Source of the DNA: Agromyces hippuratus
Lineage (GTDB): Bacteria; Actinomycetota; Actinomycetes; Actinomycetales; Microbacteriaceae
Assembly: GCF_013410355.1 (NCBI RefSeq)
Contig: NZ_JACCFI010000001.1
Coordinates: 3,069,858-3,101,857, forward strand
DNA: 32,000 nucleotides
Reading direction: 5' to 3'
The notes beneath the pieces were generated by a model. That model was not told the origin of the DNA. It saw only the letters and a list, made by a program, of their open reading frames with translations, and made no database searches. Positions 30,122-32,000 of this stretch are shown here, in pieces (position 1 is the stretch's first letter; each line of letters opens with the position of its first letter). Position numbers and translations under genes: made by a program.

Positions 30122-30155
30122 GGGGTTCGGGGCAGCGTCATGCGTCCCGGACCCC
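30122..30155 (+). terminator. Hairpin between flp and tadE (possible attenuator)
   Basis: GGGGTTCGGG (30122-30131) pairs with CCCGGACCCC (30146-30155), giving 9 Watson-Crick pairs plus 1 G.U. 14-nt loop, no U-tract. Confidence 0.4.
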
Positions 30156-30174
30156 AGCGTCAGTTGAGGTGGAG

Positions 30175-30585
30175 ATGCGCATTCGCAAGAACGAACGAGG
30201 GGCCGCGGCGGTGGAGTTCGCCCTGGTGTTCCCGCTCGTCATCATGCTGTTGCTCACGGTGATCGAATTCTCGCGACTCTGGAACATGCAGGCGACGCTG
30301 TCGGACGCGGCCGGCATGTCGGCCCGATACGTCGCGATCCACCTCGACGATCCCGCGGTGGCCGACCCCGTCGGCAACGCCACCGACGAGGTCGAAGCCA
30401 TTCCGTGGCTCGGCGACTGGTCGGAGGTCGACATGATCATCACGCCGGATTGCGGCGACGGCGGTTCGGGCGTCGTGACGTCGGACCTCTCGGTGCTGCC
30501 CGGGTCGCTCAGCGGCTGGTTCAGCGACACGCTCGGAGACCCCATCGAGCTGAAGGCGAGAGGAGTCTCCCCGTGCGGCGGATGA
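30175..30585 (+). CDS. tadE: TadE-like pseudopilin / pilus assembly protein
   Basis: N-terminal ERGAAAVEFALVFPLVIMLLL (TadE-type prepilin-like motif). GAGGTGGAG upstream. A GTG at 30169 is also possible. Confidence 0.8.
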   Translation: MRIRKNERGAAAVEFALVFPLVIMLLLTVIEFSRLWNMQATLSDAAGMSARYVAIHLDDPAVADPVGNATDEVEAIPWLGDWSEVDMIITPDCGDGGSGVVTSDLSVLPGSLSGWFSDTLGDPIELKARGVSPCGG

Positions 30586-31589
30586 AGCACCACCTTCGGC
30601 GGTTGATCCGAAGCGAACGCGGGGCCAACGCCGTCCTGATCGTGTTCCTGCTGGTACCCATGATGGGGTTCGGTGCACTCGCCCTCGACGTCTCGGCACA
30701 GCATGCCGAGCGCCAGCAGATTCAGCGGGGCGTCGATGCGGCGGCGATCGCCGTCGCGTCATCGTGTGCCCGAGACGAGGGCACCTGCGCCGCCGGCTCG
30801 ACAGCGCTCAGCACCGAATTCCTCGAGGCGAACAACGGAACGCCGGTCGCCGGCGAAGTCGAGAGCGCGGTGCCGAACACGGATGACAACGAGGTGCAGG
30901 TCGTCGCGAGCGCGGACTTCCCGCACTTCTTCGCGTCGCTCATCGATGGCGACAGCGACCCGAACTCGACGACCGTTCGAGCCGACGCCACCGCCGAATG
31001 GGGCAACCCGATCTCGGGTGGCACGTTCGTGCTCGCCTTCGGGTACTGCGAGTTCCTCGACGCGACACCCGGCGCGCTCATCCTCGTCCAGAACAACACG
31101 ACCGAGCGGCGCGACTGCGAAGGCACCTTCGCGCGGGGCGGCTTCGGCTGGCTCGTCAGCCCGGACTGCACGGTCGAGATCAACATCGCGGACCCGTGGG
31201 TCGACGGGACGACCGGTGCCGCAGGCTCTGGAATCTGCTCCGATGTGCTCCACACCGACCCGGAACGGAACGCCTACCTCGAGAGCATGATCGGGACGGT
31301 GCAGCTCGTGCCGATCTACGACGACTGCCGGCGTATCGGAACGGTGTCATCCGGGGCGGGCGACTGCCCCGGTGCCAACAACGAGTTCCACCTCATCACG
31401 TTCGCCGCGTTCCGCATCACCGGAATGGTGTTCCCCGGCATCAACCGCCCCGACCCCGCCGCTCCGCCGTGCACCCGCTCCTGCACCGGCATCCAGGGCG
31501 AGTTCATCGAGTACGTCGAACTCGGCGACGGCTACGAGCTGGGCGACGCCCCGGACGGCGGAGTGACGATCGTCAGGCTCAAGGACTGA
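30582..31589 (+). CDS. TadG-like (Tad N-terminal domain) pilus-associated protein with Cys-rich C-terminal domain
   Basis: The ATG overlaps the tadE stop (ATGA). N-terminal SERGANAVLIVFLLVPMMGFGALALDVS is typical of the TadE/G-like family. Ten Cys residues in the C-terminal 250 aa. Confidence 0.75.
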   Translation: MKHHLRRLIRSERGANAVLIVFLLVPMMGFGALALDVSAQHAERQQIQRGVDAAAIAVASSCARDEGTCAAGSTALSTEFLEANNGTPVAGEVESAVPNTDDNEVQVVASADFPHFFASLIDGDSDPNSTTVRADATAEWGNPISGGTFVLAFGYCEFLDATPGALILVQNNTTERRDCEGTFARGGFGWLVSPDCTVEINIADPWVDGTTGAAGSGICSDVLHTDPERNAYLESMIGTVQLVPIYDDCRRIGTVSSGAGDCPGANNEFHLITFAAFRITGMVFPGINRPDPAAPPCTRSCTGIQGEFIEYVELGDGYELGDAPDGGVTIVRLKD

Positions 31590-31635
31590 GTGCCGACCGG
31601 CACCCTACTGCAACGGTTATCGAAGGTACTGATCT

Positions 31636-32000
31636 ATGAAGACCCGAATCATCGGGGCGATCGTCGCCCTCCTCCTGGCCGTACTCGGCGTCATCCTGCT
31701 CGTCGGATACGTGCGCGGCGCCGATGCGCGAGCAGCGCAGGGCGCTGAGCTCACGGATGTGTACGTCGTCCAGGAGTCGATCCCAAGGGGAGCCCTGGGT
31801 GAAGAGGTCGCCGACTTCGTCGAACTGGATTCGATGCCCACCCGCAATGTCGCAGACGGTGTCGTGACGAACCTCGAGGACCTCGCCGGGCTGGTCGCCG
31901 TCGCCGACATCCTGCCGGGCGAGCAGTTGCTCTCGGCACGGTTCGTCGACCCGGCCGAACTCGCCTCGAGCGGGGACGTACCCGTTCCCGACGGCATGCA
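31636..32000 (+). CDS. cpaB: Flp pilus assembly protein CpaB/RcpC-like (5' part; runs off the window)
   Basis: Own translation: MKTRIIGAIVALLLAVLGVILLVGYVRGADARAAQGAELTDVYVVQESIPRGA...ILPGEQLLSARFV. This is an N-terminal TM anchor plus a SAF-domain-like segment, and high GC3. It is absent from the ORF track because there is no stop in the window. Confidence 0.7.
   Translation, partial: MKTRIIGAIVALLLAVLGVILLVGYVRGADARAAQGAELTDVYVVQESIPRGALGEEVADFVELDSMPTRNVADGVVTNLEDLAGLVAVADILPGEQLLSARFVDPAELASSGDVPVPDGM

Overview
High-GC (roughly 70%) actinobacterial chromosome segment; gene order and protein style look Microbacteriaceae-like, which is inference only. No tRNA, rRNA or CRISPR array was recognised.

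Gene content, left to right:
- System II cytochrome c maturation cluster: histidine phosphatase, TlpA/ResA-like thioredoxin lipoprotein, ccdA, resB, ccsB.
- A 2045-aa secreted protein carrying two GH13 catalytic modules (alpha-amylase plus pullulanase).
- A convergent MFS transporter with a divergent MerR regulator, and an orphan small secreted protein.
- A dispersed menaquinone cluster (menC, menB, menE, menA, menD, menF, menG, polyprenyl synthase) interleaved with small membrane proteins and a PPK2 kinase.
- An FprA-type ferredoxin-NADP reductase.
- From about 27.9 kb, a visibly lower-GC Tad/Flp pilus locus: A24 prepilin peptidase, large polytopic membrane protein, flp, tadE-like, tadG-like, cpaB (cut by the window end).

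Most unusual signal: a family of palindromic elements with arm CTGCGGGTTGAGCCYGTCGAAACC and its complement GGTTTCGACRGGCTCAACCCGCAG.
- It occurs as about 70-bp hairpins in intergenic gaps, as a perfect 3 x 25-bp tandem, and as a 19-bp x 5-6 array.
- Short copies also lie in frame inside four coding positions.
- The only gene sitting between oppositely oriented arms of this family is a 93-aa stand-alone GIY-YIG nuclease with lower GC3, inserted in the men cluster. This suggests a nuclease-plus-repeat mobile or REP/RAYT-like system.

Many genes appear leaderless, with a TAnnnT box 6-7 nt before the start codon.

Limits: all functional calls rest on motifs recognised by eye, and no database search was run.
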